NCBI GenBank assembly: GCA_951406725.2
Contig: OX597817.1
Coordinates: 96,720,001-96,784,000 of the forward strand
Direction of reading: 5' to 3'
Origin: Octopus vulgaris
Taxonomy: Eukaryota
DNA: 64,000 nucleotides
Under the pieces are notes generated by a model that made no database searches, was not told the origin of the DNA, and was given only the letters and a program-made list of their open reading frames with translations. Below, piece after piece: positions 39,721 to 52,874 of this stretch. A program made the translations under genes and the position numbers. Position 1 is the first letter of the stretch. Each line of letters begins with the position of its first letter.

Positions 39721-40956
39721 TTAGCAGTGGACATTTGTTATCGTCACTGAGTAACGTAATTAGGTAGAGGAAAGAAATACAGATATTCTAGAGTTGAGTT
39801 GGGGAGGGGGGTCCAGTTGAGGCGGGTAATATAGGGGAGCAACCAGTGGGGAAGGTTGGGGTAAGGAGGAACGATGGCAGGAAGGGTTGGTGTAGGTTCC
39901 TAAGAAATAAAAACGTAGGATATTACGAGGCGGGAGGGTACTAAAAGGGGATGGTCGGATTGAGGCAGTGTCAGGAGGAAGCGTAAGATCGGTGGGCAGT
40001 TGATGAGCTATGGCGCTAGCAGCTTGTCTTAAGCATATGAGGAGAAGGGGTATTTTATAACTTAGCGTACTTGGAATCATAACAAACTTACGGTAGTTCT
40101 AATAACCGGTATGTTTACTATGCAATAAACCAGTGTTACAAATTTTAAGTTACCCAATGAAATAGTATCTGACATCGTAACATACTGATATTTAAAAATA
40201 TATTTATCTTTAAATTAAATATTTTATGAAATGCATGAGTGGATCTTTTTTGTTATTTGAGACATAGTTATAATTTTGAAAGACTAAATGGCAGCATAGT
40301 TGCTCCCCTTTTTGTTTATCTATGTGCTAGTTGTTGCTTGTGGTTATGTATGTGTATAAGTGTATGTGTGTGTGTATACATATAATTATGTATGTATGTG
40401 TGATTGATCTGTGGATGCGCGTGCGAATATTGGCGTTCCTTGACTAACCAACCGTAAAATTTCTTTTGTGATTTAAATTTCAAACTACTAGCCAATCGTA
40501 TTAATCTAAATAATCATTACCTAGTGGTCAGAATTTCTAAACTCATAGTTATTTCGATCTTGAAAGGATGGACTTGGTGCAAACATAACTGTATCTATTA
40601 TTATTATTATTATTATTAATATTAATAGTAATTTTTATTGACTTTTATAGCTTTATAATTTTATGAACTGAACCATGGTTTTAATTATTATTTTTCATCT
40701 CCCTATGTGTTAGTTTTTTAAAACTATTAGCCAAATATGTATAATAACTGTGCTTATTAATATTAATATATACACTGATATATATTTTGTTTTATTTTGT
40801 TTTGTTTACCTTGCATTATTGTACCAATGAGTATTATATTATATAAGTGTAGCATTATGAAGTTTATGCATAAGTTTTTATATTTTACATTTTTATATTT
40901 TTATATTTATATGTATATGGAAAAATAATTTTTTTCACAATTATAACAAATTTAAT

Positions 40957-41066
40957 TCTCTGAAGAGGCCGTGGGGCATCCTTGTTAATGCCTCATTTAT
41001 ACCTACCTTTATGGCTTATAGGTTAAATGAGGTATGACTGCCCTCACTGCCGAAACAGCTGTCAGA
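40957..41066 (+). ncRNA. Type I hammerhead ribozyme (3' pLTR)
   Basis: Same as 31658-31767 with one G>A change in the extended stem II. Confidence 0.85.
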
Positions 41067-41425
41067 TATGATTTAATTACATATTATATTTGAAATTTTA
41101 TACTTATATCTCTTTGTCTATTTACATTTACTGTATATTTTGTATAATGCCTTTACTGATATGTAATGGTGTAATAAAGTAATGTTTGGGTATCATCTGA
41201 TAGTTGATGTTTTATTGATTTAAGTATGTTTCTCCATTTTCTAATTTTGTAGTATTAATTTACGGTAATATTATTACCTTTACCCATATAATACAATAGA
41301 TGAACTGATTGTTTGGCAATTTTTAACATCTATGTATTAGTCTTGTTGGGTACCTATCTAGCAGCATATTGGATATATGTTATCCCATGGTGGGTTGAAT
41401 TTTCAACCCCTATCTCATTTTATAA

Positions 41426-41464
<39 letters not shown>

Positions 41465-41467
<3 letters not shown>

Positions 41468-41560
41468 AAGACAACTGGAGGTTTCTACAGGACAACCTGT
41501 TGAGGGCTACTGACCAGATCTGTGGATGGTGCAAAGACTCCTCTCGACCCAGGGTAACCA
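41465..41560 (+). mobile_element. Small internal RTE fragment
   Basis: Encodes WRFLQDNLLRATDQICGWCK, homologous to RTE WEFLRDSLLSATDQVCGWCK. Confidence 0.7.
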
Positions 41561-42742
41561 TCTTTCTCTCCTATTGCTAGAGCTCTCTGTTTTTGAAGGT
41601 GTTTGTAGTTAGTATGCAAATCTTTAAACTGAATCAATTAGACTATGTTGTTGTCTGATCATAATTTTTCTGTTATAAAGCAAATAATTTATTATTTTTT
41701 CCTTTATTATACAATTTATCATATGTATATACGTATATATTTGTATGTGTACATATTGTTTACATGTATATGCATGTGTGTGTGTGTGCGTACAAACAGA
41801 ATACAGGAAAAATTTGGTATTATTTATTCTTTATTACATATGTTTCATTACCTAATAGTAGTTATGGAGATATACATGTAGAAAAACGGGTAAGACATCT
41901 CCTGTTAATAATTTGTGAGGCAGAGAATTAAAATGATAAAAAATTACATTGGCTGGAGCTATAATATATTAGTATTAAGTATTAACCAGGAGTCATCTAG
42001 ATAGAAAGGAATATAGATAATACATATATAAATATTTACATATTCATACATGTTATATAAATTTAAATATATATACGTACACACACACACACATGTAAAT
42101 ATTTAAATATTTACATATTTATATATGTTGCGTGAGTGTGTACATATGTACAGTGTGTACATATATATGTTTATGTACATATATGTGTGCATGTACATAC
42201 ATACATATGTTCATGTGTACATATAGTTTACTGTATTTTTTACTTATACCGTTTGAGATTTGTTTCTTCATTCTTTCTAATTTCTGGCTTCTTTATAATT
42301 TTTCTCTCTTGCCCTCAGTATTATTTCTCTCCGAATCCTCCCACTATCACTTCATTACAAGGTATATTTGATACATCATAACATCACATTTATATACATG
42401 TTGTATTAAGTTGTCTCTTCACTCCTCTTCCAGCCCGTTGTTTTAATAATAAATTACCCACTTGTTTTCCCTTCTTTCTCCTCTCATTGTTTTTATTTTC
42501 TTTTCTTCCTTTTAATATATATTTTTATTTGTTTACATATCTTAATCTCAGTTTAGATTTTAATCTTTAATTTTAATTTTTGGCTTCTATGATATTCTTT
42601 TCAACTACTTGCAATTTCTTATTTGTGACAGTCTATTTTATTCTAATTATTTTTTCATTAGTATTTATGGAAAGATTTTCAATTCAATCATCATTTGGTA
42701 AGCAGTGTCCATTTAACAATTCTGTAAATAATAATATTTTAT

Positions 42743-42886
42743 ATGTATTGACTAAGGAAAATAGTCTAATATTGGGGCATATAAGCCCTTGATGGAAAAA
42801 AGCCCTTGACAGTAAAAAGTACCCTACATTTTTCCTTTGAGGGCTTATATGCCCCAATATTAAACTGTTTTCCTTAGTCAATACAT
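42743..42886. repeat. Short foldback
   Basis: ATGTATTGACTAAGGAAAA..GGGGCATATAAGCCC and its reverse complement. Confidence 0.85.
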
Positions 42887-42931
42887 GGTAATCGCTTATA
42901 AGCTTTAAAATTATAAAATATTATCATTGTT

Positions 42932-42979
<48 letters not shown>

Positions 42980-43277
42980 CTCAACTGTGGTCGATCCCCA
43001 CTTGCATTCAAATATACACGATTATTTTTTTTAAACTAGTTACCCTATCAGCTATAAATGCTTATATACTGAACTGCTATCCACAAGTGTTGTATATACT
43101 CACAATTTATGAAATTTCTTTACTAATATGTATTATCACAACTGTCTGGTGAATGATCACATGAAACTTTGAATAACTGCCTGGGAAGTATTTTCAGCTT
43201 TAATAAATAGTGTGTGTGTGTGTGTGTATGTTTGTATGTAGATAGATAGATAGATGGATAGACAGACAACCAGACAT

Positions 43278-43597
43278 GCTTTTACTTGTTTCAGTCATTT
43301 GACTGTGGCCATGCTGGAGCATCACCTTTAGTCAAACAAATCAACTCCAGGACTTATTCGTTGTAAACCTAGTACCTATTCCATTGGTCTTTTTTGCCAA
43401 ACTGCTAAGTTACAGGGACATAAGCACACTAACATCAGTTGTCAAGCAATTGTGGGGAGACAAGCACAGACACATGCACAACTATATACTTATATACGAC
43501 TGGCTTCTTTCAGTTTCTGTCTACTAAATTCACTCACAAGGCTTTGATCGGTCCAAGGCTATAGAAGACACTTGCCCAGGGAGCCATGCAGTGGGAT
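43278..43597 (-). mobile_element. 5'-truncated tRNA/CORE-type SINE
   Basis: Homologous to 55154-55590; LINE-like 3' hairpins. Confidence 0.85.
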
Positions 43598-43605
43598 ATA
43601 TATAT

Positions 43606-43820
43606 ATTGTGAAGTATATTTGCCATCTAAATGTGGCTAACCCTTAAGGGTTGATACTACTGTAGCTTGTAGCCCCAGGAAGACATCTCTTCCAGCTGGC
43701 TACCAACACACTTTCTGTGCCCTAAGCCAGCTGGAGGAAATGTCTTCCTGGGGCTACAAGCTACAGTAGCATCAACCCTTAAGGGTTAGCCACATTTAGA
43801 TGGCAAATATACTTCACGAT
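43606..43820. repeat. Foldback/MITE-like element with ~95 bp arms
   Basis: 43606-43700 is a near-perfect reverse complement of 43726-43820. Confidence 0.9.
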
Positions 43821-45756
43821 GTCATGCAACTACTGTTTATATCTTGCTCAGAGATTTATTATATATATATATATATATATATATGCAGGCACACACACAT
43901 ACTTTGTTTTTGTATCTAGTTTTCAAAATTCTTTATGTGAATTCGTGTGTTGAAACAAATTTGTAAAAAGGAGAGTCATTATACCAATATTAATGCACAC
44001 ACTGGTTCACTTCCACTCCTTTATTATTAGTCAATCGCTTATCCAACTAACTATTTGATTGTTTGTTTAACTTCGTTAAATAGTAAGTCATTTTGTTTGC
44101 ATTTGTCAAATTCCTTTTGTTGCTACTTGCAACCTTTTCAATGACTTTCTTCTTAGTCTGTTATGGAGGCGGCATTTGCTTGAGACTTTGTTGTGTGTGT
44201 GTGTGCCAGTGTGCACTTGTGTATGTGTATATGTATGTATTTTTCTGTGCAGTCATGTGTCTGAGTATGCATATATTTGTGTGTTTGTGTGTACTTCTGC
44301 TTCCTTGAGTGTTTTTATGCATATGAGTGTGTGTGGGTATGCATGCGTGCCTATATGTGTGTGTCTATGTGTGCATGTGTATGGTCATGTGTTTCTGTCT
44401 CCTTGTATGTAGGTGTGTGTGCATTTGGGCATGTCTGCCCATACTGCCTATGTACCTACCTACCTACATATCTATCTACCTACTTACTTACCTACTTATT
44501 TGCTTGCCTATCTTCCCACCTATCTACCTACCTACATAATTAACTAAGTAACTAATAATCTATATAACTAACCTAACCACTGAAACTTATCTACTTACTT
44601 ATCTACCGACCTACTTATTTGTCTAGTTGACTGCCAAGTTACGAATGTACCTATGCATGCTGTGTATGTCAGTTGCAGGATCCATTAGAATCTAGCTGTA
44701 CCAACATGTAGGTTTCCAGGATTGACTGGATACTTAGTATTTCGCCTTACAGTATGTTGAATCAACTCATATTTGTCATTTGTTGGTAGTATGCAGTAAG
44801 TGTGTATTTTTAATTTCCAGACATATGCATATATATGTCGGTACCCAATCCAATATAACTTTTAATCCACCTAAGGGATGGTTTCAAATGTAGCATATGT
44901 ATAAAAAAAGAGCACAAGTGGGGTTCAAAATTCACAACAGCTGTTTTGGCAGCATTTTATTGATGCATTGTTAGATTACATCATAGCAAATATCTGCCAT
45001 CGTTAGACAGATTTTAAACCTATAAACATGTTAGGTAGAAATAGAAGTTTGCCAACAATCATGGTGGAGCAAGTGAAATTTTGAGAAAGTACATAGAATT
45101 TCTAGAGAAAGTGGGTCAAATACATGGAGGGAAAATACTTCAAAACTACCCCATTTTTCCAGTTGCTTTCTTAATTAGTTTATAGCTCTGGCCAGTGATC
45201 AGGGATCATGTATGATCATATCAAACAAACTAAACAAAAAAGTTTATAAAAAATAAACAAAAAATAAACAAAAAAGTTTATAAAAAATATATATTCAAAA
45301 AGGTCATACAGATAAGACACCTTGTTTTTGGACTAGGAATGTTAGACAATAGGATCCAGTGACTCCACCCAGGTTGCTGATATAGTTGGTGTCTATTTAT
45401 TGCATTGTTTATGCAAATTTTTCCCCACCTATCCAGTAGTTTATATCAGGATGATGCTTTACTTATCATCCAAAGTAACAGTAAAGTTTACAGTGAAAGA
45501 GCTGGAAAAAAATTAAAGAAATTCTTTAAAAACTGTAATCGAGATATTACTTTCGAGCATAGTCACATGGCCACTAATTTCCTAGACACTACATTTGATT
45601 TTAATTCGAGTCTTTTTTTAACCATATTGTAAACCTACTGAGACAACAACTTACATAAGCTACTCTTCAAATCATCCCAGAAGTGTTTTAAAATCACTAA
45701 TAAGGTGAGTCTCAAATAGGGTGTCACAAGCTCTCTGCTAACAAGGGCACCTTTAA

Positions 45757-45977
45757 CCCTTTCGTTACCAACCCGGCCAAAACTGGCTCTAGCTCTGTAG
45801 TACAAATGTCTTGTTTTCATAAGTTTTGCATTGAAATATACCACCAAGCCTTAGTCATAATTTATGTTCCTAACACTTGCTGAATGATAACTAAGTTATT
45901 TTACTAAATTCTTTGTTATATTTAAAGTAATTGAAAGAAACACAGAGCATCTCAAAATAAATACAGTAACGAAAGGG
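45757..45977. mobile_element. piggyBac-type MITE
   Basis: TTAA TSDs (45753-56 and 45978-81); 12-bp TIR CCCTTTCGTTAC; removing it restores PLE coding similarity. Confidence 0.88.
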
Positions 45978-46124
45978 TTAATGCTTATGCCTGCCACTAT
46001 AATGAAGTAGTAATGAAAGCAGATCATGAGTAGAATATTAGCTATTTCCTAGGGACCAATATATTAAGGAATCATGTAGTGGCTGATAGTTCTATTAGTA
46101 ATACAAGTTCAACTAACACAAATT

Positions 46125-49100
46125 GGGGTCATTCCATACGAAATCAACACAGATGCCAAAGGTGACCGATACAGATTTCTTTTAAACTTTGCATGCTAAA
46201 TGGCTTTCATATGAAACCTTTAAATATAAGATATTCTTTTACCTGAGCCTAATATTTGCTGAGTTATGACCGTTTGAAAATTTCAAAAAAGTGACATTTT
46301 TTTGATTACTCAATAACTTTGAGAAGCCATATCTCAGCTACTATTTCAGCTAGAAAGTTCAATTTGTTTCTCATTTTAAAGCATTTAAATAAATCTACAA
46401 CTTTTGTTTAGTGTATTTTTTCTTTACAATAAAAACTTTAAAAACTGACCTAAAATTTGACCTTTCATAGGTCAAAAGACCCAGAAATCGATTTTTTTCA
46501 AATTTTGTCCAAATATTGCCCTACTTAGTCACAACTCACATAGAAAAATTCATTCTGGGATCTCAGTGGAAACTATAGTTACAACCTAATTAAATTACTT
46601 AATTCTCTTTTTTTTCTTTCAGATTAGCTATATATAACCACTTTAATTAATTCTTGGTTACAGATAGATGTAAAAGATTTTTAGCTAAGCAAGGAAAGTG
46701 TTGTGACCCATTTAAAAAGCATAAAGCATCTGTGAAAAAGGGTTTAAGAACAATAACAGCAGATTTTGCAATCAAATATCTTAAAGCAAGCCTAATTCCT
46801 GAACAAAAAATGTGACTCATACAGAAAAACTTTGCCCACATTTCAAATTGAACCATCATCAGAAGATATGAGAGATGATACATCAACTACCACTGAAGCG
46901 ACTTCATCAACAGATATCTTCATACAAGAAAATGCAGAATTAGAGATCCTCAACAATACTCTGTCAGAAATTGGAGAATCTCCAATAAAAAAACAAAAGA
47001 TAGATACTACCATCATTTATGCTGAGAAAATAAGAAAAGAAATAGAAAATGCTTTTGCTCAAAAAATGCAAATCATTTCACCTAAAAGGGAGGTCAGTGA
47101 ATCATCAAAAGAACTTAAAAAATCATCACCCTGAAAGTGAAATAATCAGTTAAAAGAAAAATTCACAACAGAAAAAAGATCAGAAAAACTGGAAATTTTA
47201 ACAATTCTGCCCAAAAGCTGGTCTCTAAGAAAAATCCAAAAGGTGTTCAATGTACCTGATTACATGGCCAGACAAGCTAAAAGACTGGTCAATGAGTAAA
47301 GGATTTTATCACATCCTAGCCATAGAAAAAGCACATTACCTCAAGAAATCGTCACTTGTGTTTCTCAGTTTTATAAAAATGAAGTAAGCAGAGTTGTGCC
47401 AGGAAAAAAGGATTACAAACCAGTAAAAAAATGTAGCAAAAGAGTTCATGAGCAGAAGTACCCCATACGTTGTAACTTAAAGGAAGCCTTCCAATTGTTC
47501 TAATGAAAAAATCCTGAAATCAAAATTAGTTTCTCAAAATTTGCAGAGCTAAGGCCAAAAGAATGCATAGTCGCAGGTGATGCTGGTACACATAATGTAT
47601 GTGTATGCACTATTCATCAGAATGTCAAACTAATGATTTCTGGCATGAAACTATCTGATTTAACCGAGGATATGAAGTTTCACTTGATTGATTACAAACA
47701 ATGTTTGGAATCAATTACTTGCAACCCAACAAAAAATGACTGCTACATGAGTAACTGTTCAAATTGTAATTCTTTGCTAGAAGAGTTTGAAAAATTCTTA
47801 TATGAAATGTTTAATGGAAATATGATTGATGAAGTATAGTATAGGCAATGGTTAACAATGGACAAAACAATCCCAGAAAATATATCAAAACCAACAGCTT
47901 AAAGCACTTAAAGTACATGATTTTATTGCCAAGGAACAATCTAAATTTTGTACTCAAGAAAAGAACATTTAAGTGAAAGAGAAATCTTAGTCACAAGCAA
48001 ATTTTTCAGAGAATTATTCATCCATCTTGCAAGATGTACAAGGATTTCATTGGAACAATGCCCAAGCCACTATCTATCCGTTTGTCTGTTATTATGAACA
48101 AAACAATGATGTGACTAACATCAATGTTATTATATCTGACTGTATGAAGCATGATAGAGTAGCTGTCCTTCTCTTCCAAAAAAAGCTGACAGATTTTCTT
48201 TAGGGCAAAGCCTTTAATATCAACAAAATTATCTATTTTTCAGACAGTGCTGCTTCACAATATAAAAATTATAAGAATTCTATAAATTTATGCTTCCATT
48301 CTATAGATTTCCAAACTGATGCAGAGTGGCACTTCTTTGCTACTTCTCCTGACAGGGGACTTTGAGATGGCTTAGGAGGTACAATTAAATGAATGGCAGC
48401 TCAAGAAAGTTTACAACACCCTTTCAATTAACAAATCATTATTCCAACACAACTTTATGATTATAGTCAGCAAAACATTTCTGGAATTAATTTAATCTAC
48501 TCCTCAAATGATGAAATGCAGAATGAGGAAAATATATTGAGAGATTTAGATGCAAGGGCAATTCCAGGGACACAAGTTGCATTGCTTTATCCCAAACTCA
48601 CCTTCAGAAATTAAGGTAAAAGTGGTATCTACAATAATTATACTAAAATTAGAATCTCCATGCAAGATACTATTCAATTTGAAGATATAAAAGGGTTTGT
48701 AGCTGCAATTTATCATAGTGACTGGTGGTTAGCCTGTGTTCTAGAAACATACCCTGAAACTATGCAAGTAAAATTCACCTTTGGTGAACCTAAAGATCCC
48801 TCATCATCATTTCAGTACCCTAGAAAATCAGATGTTTTAACAGTGGATTATTTAAACATCCTTTGTAAATTTCACCCCAGAACTGCTACAGGAAGAACTT
48901 ATACTTTAACAGAAAAAGAAATGAAAAATGCATCACAATTATTTATTTCAAGAAAACTATCTCATTAAATTTCGCAGATTTAAGAATTTCATCTAACAAG
49001 TACCTAATCATTTAAAGTAAGGCATTGCTTGAGGATTTTATATATTGGCAGTGGCATTGCCACCATTGATCATAGCAGAACTGAAAAGTAGTTACAATTA

Positions 49101-49715
49101 CAATTAAGTCAATATTATTACTGAAATAATAAAAATGCTTATTTTGATTATCGGCTCTTTGTTTTTTCCTTGAAGCTCAAATTGTCTTGTTTAGTAAGCG
49201 ATTTTTGATAATTTGTCACTACTTTTCACAATATATATTATATTTATTAAAAATACTTCCCAATGAAATCCCAGCATGAATTTTTTTATGCGAGTTGTGA
49301 CTAATTAAGCAATAATTAGACAAAATTTCAAAAAAAATTGCTGACTTGGTCTTTTGACCTATGAAAAGTCAAAGGTCAAATTTTAGGTCAGTTTTTAAAA
49401 TTTTTATTGTAAAGAAAAAATACATTAAACAAGAGTTGCAGATCTATTTTAATGCTTAAAAAAAAATTGAACTTTCTGGCTGAAATAGTAGCTGAGATAT
49501 GACTTCTCAAAGTTATTGAGTAATTGAAAAAATATCACTTTTTTTTTTTATTTCAAATGGTCATAACTCAGCAAATATTAGAGTCAGGTAAAAAGAAAAT
49601 TTCATATTTAAAGGTTTCATATGAAGGCCATTTAGCAAGTAAAGTTTGAAAGAAATCTGTATTGGTCACCTTCAATATTTTTAAAAATTGCGTTGATTTC
49701 ATAAGGAATTACCCA
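46125..49715 (+). mobile_element. Degenerate DNA transposon with ~440 bp TIRs, probably Sola2-like
   Basis: TIRs ~46125-46570 and ~49255-49715 with GGG termini; decayed transposase with CVCTIHQN, FSENY..QGFHW, FSDSAASQYKN, WHFFATS..G..DGLGG; TSD not clear; superfamily call is an inference. Confidence 0.75.
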
Positions 49716-50819
49716 TAACTATTTAAATCCTCAAAATCCTAAACTTCTAAATAGAGAAAACAAAAACAGTACACATCAAGAGATTTACTATAGTAGAAAT
49801 TCAAGCACAGCTGAGGGTACTGGTAATAATAGAATTAATGATGATAATAATCACAACAGGAATATACAGAAAACAAAATACATTAATTATACCAATACTG
49901 ATAATAAATCAAACAATTCTATAAGAAACATTACTAATAGAGATAAGCCTATATTACTTGATGATAGTAGTGATGAATCTGCAATTGATGAGACCTATAT
50001 GAATAAAATTTATAGCTATAATGTTCAGAGCATAAGTAAAGATGAGTAAAGATATGAGTAAAGATAAAAATAACAATAATTATAATCACATTAATTTCAT
50101 TAAGATGTGCAAATTTAGACACCACAAACATAAAGTCCAGCAGAGATTATATAATGATGATGTAATGTGGATTAACCCTCAAAAGGACTGCATCTTAATT
50201 TTAAAATTTTCTAAAAACTGTTGTTTCCATAGAGAAAAAATTCCCTCCATCTAGTAAGTGTTTCTAAATATTCAATAAACATAAGATAAGAATTTCTTTT
50301 TCTATTTTACCAAATTTCAAAACCATTATAACAGGCGTAAATAAATGTTATATCACAATGTACTGTAACAATAGAAGTGGTATAATTAATAATAATAACA
50401 GTAGTAATAATGTGAACAATAATAATAACGGCACAAATAAATAATAACATTATTATTAATATAAACAATAATAGCAACAGCAATAATAATAGTAGAATTT
50501 GTAGTAATGAAATTAACAGCTGCAATGATTATAATCTCTGCAATTGTGACACTACAACAGTACCTAAAACCATTAATCAGCCTGTCAATTGTTAGCTTAC
50601 TTCCTTAACTTCTATTGTCACACACAGTTCTAATAGGGCACATGGAAACTATAGAATCGGAGGTAAGAGAAAAGTGGCTAACCTTGGCACTGTCGATTGC
50701 ACAGCTATAACACATAATCACACTGATTTTGATGTAGACTACACAACTATTTATGACTGCACCAAAAGTTCTAATTCCTATGGCCTTAATGATAATACTG
50801 TTAATGAAATATTGAATAA

Positions 50820-51863
50820 CTAGCAGTATAACCTGGTGTTTCGGCCCTTTAGAATTGGAATTTTTGAAAAGTCAAAAATTTTTGAAAAGTCAAAAATTTT
50901 GCATTATGCAAGTGAACATTTTTCCAGTTGAAATACACCGAAAAATGGTGACACAGCAGTCAAAAATCGTAAAAAATAGGGATTTTCATAGAAAAAAAGC
51001 ACCTTTTTGAAGTAAATAATTTTTGGTGTTAACATGGTCCGATTTGAATTTTATCTTCTACAGAATGAAGAGCAAGCTTTCTTCTATCATACTCTCAATT
51101 TTGATCAACTTGCGCTGCAGGGTCTCGAAGGAGATAGTGTTAGTTGAAGGCTACCAAACCTGCCACACACAGACAACTTCAGCTTTATATATATAGATTT
51201 GCTACACACTACTTTCCATCCTTAATAATGAAAGTTGGTAGATCCAAAAGTTAAACACAGATACACACACAGAGACACAAGTTGAGTTTTATATATATAG
51301 ATTTCTCAACGGGGATTTCAGGGGAGAGTTTCAAGGAGTTGCTGGCGATGTATCATGATGATCAAAAATCCAGCCTGCTAAAATTTGGTTAAAGTGATTC
51401 AAACTGCAGACTCAACACAAAATGGTCACATTTAATTCAAAGCGTTAAAAATGTTATGAAAACAATTGGTATGTGTTCACAAAGTCCAAACAATTAATAT
51501 GAAAAAACCCTCCAGGCTACATCCCGAAAATTCATTTCTTTGCCGAATTTCTACAATGTTTACGGCGATTCGTTTTTATATCTTGATTTCTTATTTTTCA
51601 TGTCAAACAGCTGACTGAGTAAAGTTCACTATTCAATGCATGGGATAAGGCCTAAAAAAACACATTATCGATTTTTACGCTTGCGAGATGAATTTCGGAA
51701 CAGAAATAACGCAGTTCAATTTTCATTCGCCTAAACTTTAAGTGGCCCATTTTTGGTGGTTCTACGATTTGTTGGCTAGGAGGAGATGTGCCGGGAAGTT
51801 AAACACACAGACACACACACAGATACACACACAGACACACAAGTTGAGTTTTATATATATAGA
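50820..51863 (-). mobile_element. Non-autonomous Helitron with stacked 5' ends
   Basis: 3' CTAG at 50820-50823; three TCTATATATAT(A)AAA starts at 51197, 51301 and 51863. Confidence 0.7.
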
Positions 51864-52017
51864 TTTACAAAACTCTTGTTAGTTTTGGTTATAGTCAACA
51901 CTCTCTACCATGCTTAAGTGACACTAATAGTATTGGCAGTCAGTCATTCCTTAAATTATGTAACTTCACAAACAAATTTCTATCTCCTCTTAAAAACATA
52001 GGCTTAACCATATAAAT

Positions 52018-52311
52018 GTGACAATAATTGACATGAATGCTTTTAATTATATAGGTCCTACCTCATGTAACTTCAAGTCGAGACTTTACAACCATTCTTT
52101 TTCCTTTAGAAATCAGGATAAAGCTAGTGTTATGTCACTTGCAGAAAAAATGTGGGAATTAAAAGATAAAGAAATTCAGTTCCACATTACCTGGAGCGTT
52201 GTAAAAAAAAAAAAGCATTGCCATACCCAAACAACAGGCATGGGTGCACTCTTTGCTGCACCAAATTGTAAGAAATCCATAAATATCCCAGCAATGTTCC
52301 CAGTAAATTGA
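52018..52311 (+). pseudogene. GIY-YIG endonuclease remnant of the old PLE
   Basis: YIGPT..FKSRLYNHSFSFRN..MWELK..W is homologous to the young PLE endonuclease. Confidence 0.8.
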
Positions 52312-52874
52312 AAGAGCTAAAATTAAGATGCTTGCATAATATTGTACATTCTTTTATTTTAAACCTGTTACATAATCTGCCTCTAGCAGCACCCCTAACC
52401 TTGCATATATCCCCTGACATAGTTGTGTATATGATTTAAGGCTGTAAGTGTTAATTAAGAAATTTGTTACCCTATGTATGTCTCTTAATTAGGCATTCTT
52501 TGTATCTTCATCTCATAAATGGTATGCTATTTGGTAATCCAAGATATGACTCCCATGGTATCAGTTCATTTTTTATCTATTTATTGTTTGTTATATCTTC
52601 TTTATTCTATTGTCGCAGTTGCTACATTTGGTTTTATATTTTATATCTAAATATAATATAAAGCCATAATGAGTAGGCTATACAAGTATTATTGACTATA
52701 TGTACATAGGTGTGTACATGTGTATATATGTCCTTTTGTGAAAATAGATGTGTGTGTGTATACACATATACTTGTGTATGTATGTATAAATATGTGTGTG
52801 TATGTGTGTCTATATGCGCATGCACATATGTGTATGTAGGTGAATGTGTATATGTATGCATAGGTAAGTAAAAA

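Larger units (their letters stand above)
36179..40050 (-). mobile_element. Full-length RTE-clade LINE nested in the Penelope 3' UTR
   Basis: (GAT)n tail at 36179-36197; single long APE-RT ORF; ~300 bp 5' UTR; PLE sequence resumes at 40051. Confidence 0.95.
31345..41428 (+). mobile_element. Full-length Penelope-like element with direct pseudo-LTRs, interrupted by an RTE
   Basis: pLTRs ~31345-32118 and ~40644-41428; RT and GIY-YIG coding region; ends in a TA repeat. Confidence 0.95.

Noticed and set aside
42250-42740. Possible further old retroelement fragment on the minus strand
   Set aside because: AT-rich with no convincing motif by eye
44093-44543. Cys/Val-rich ORFs
   Set aside because: Degenerate (TG)n and (CTAC)n simple repeats
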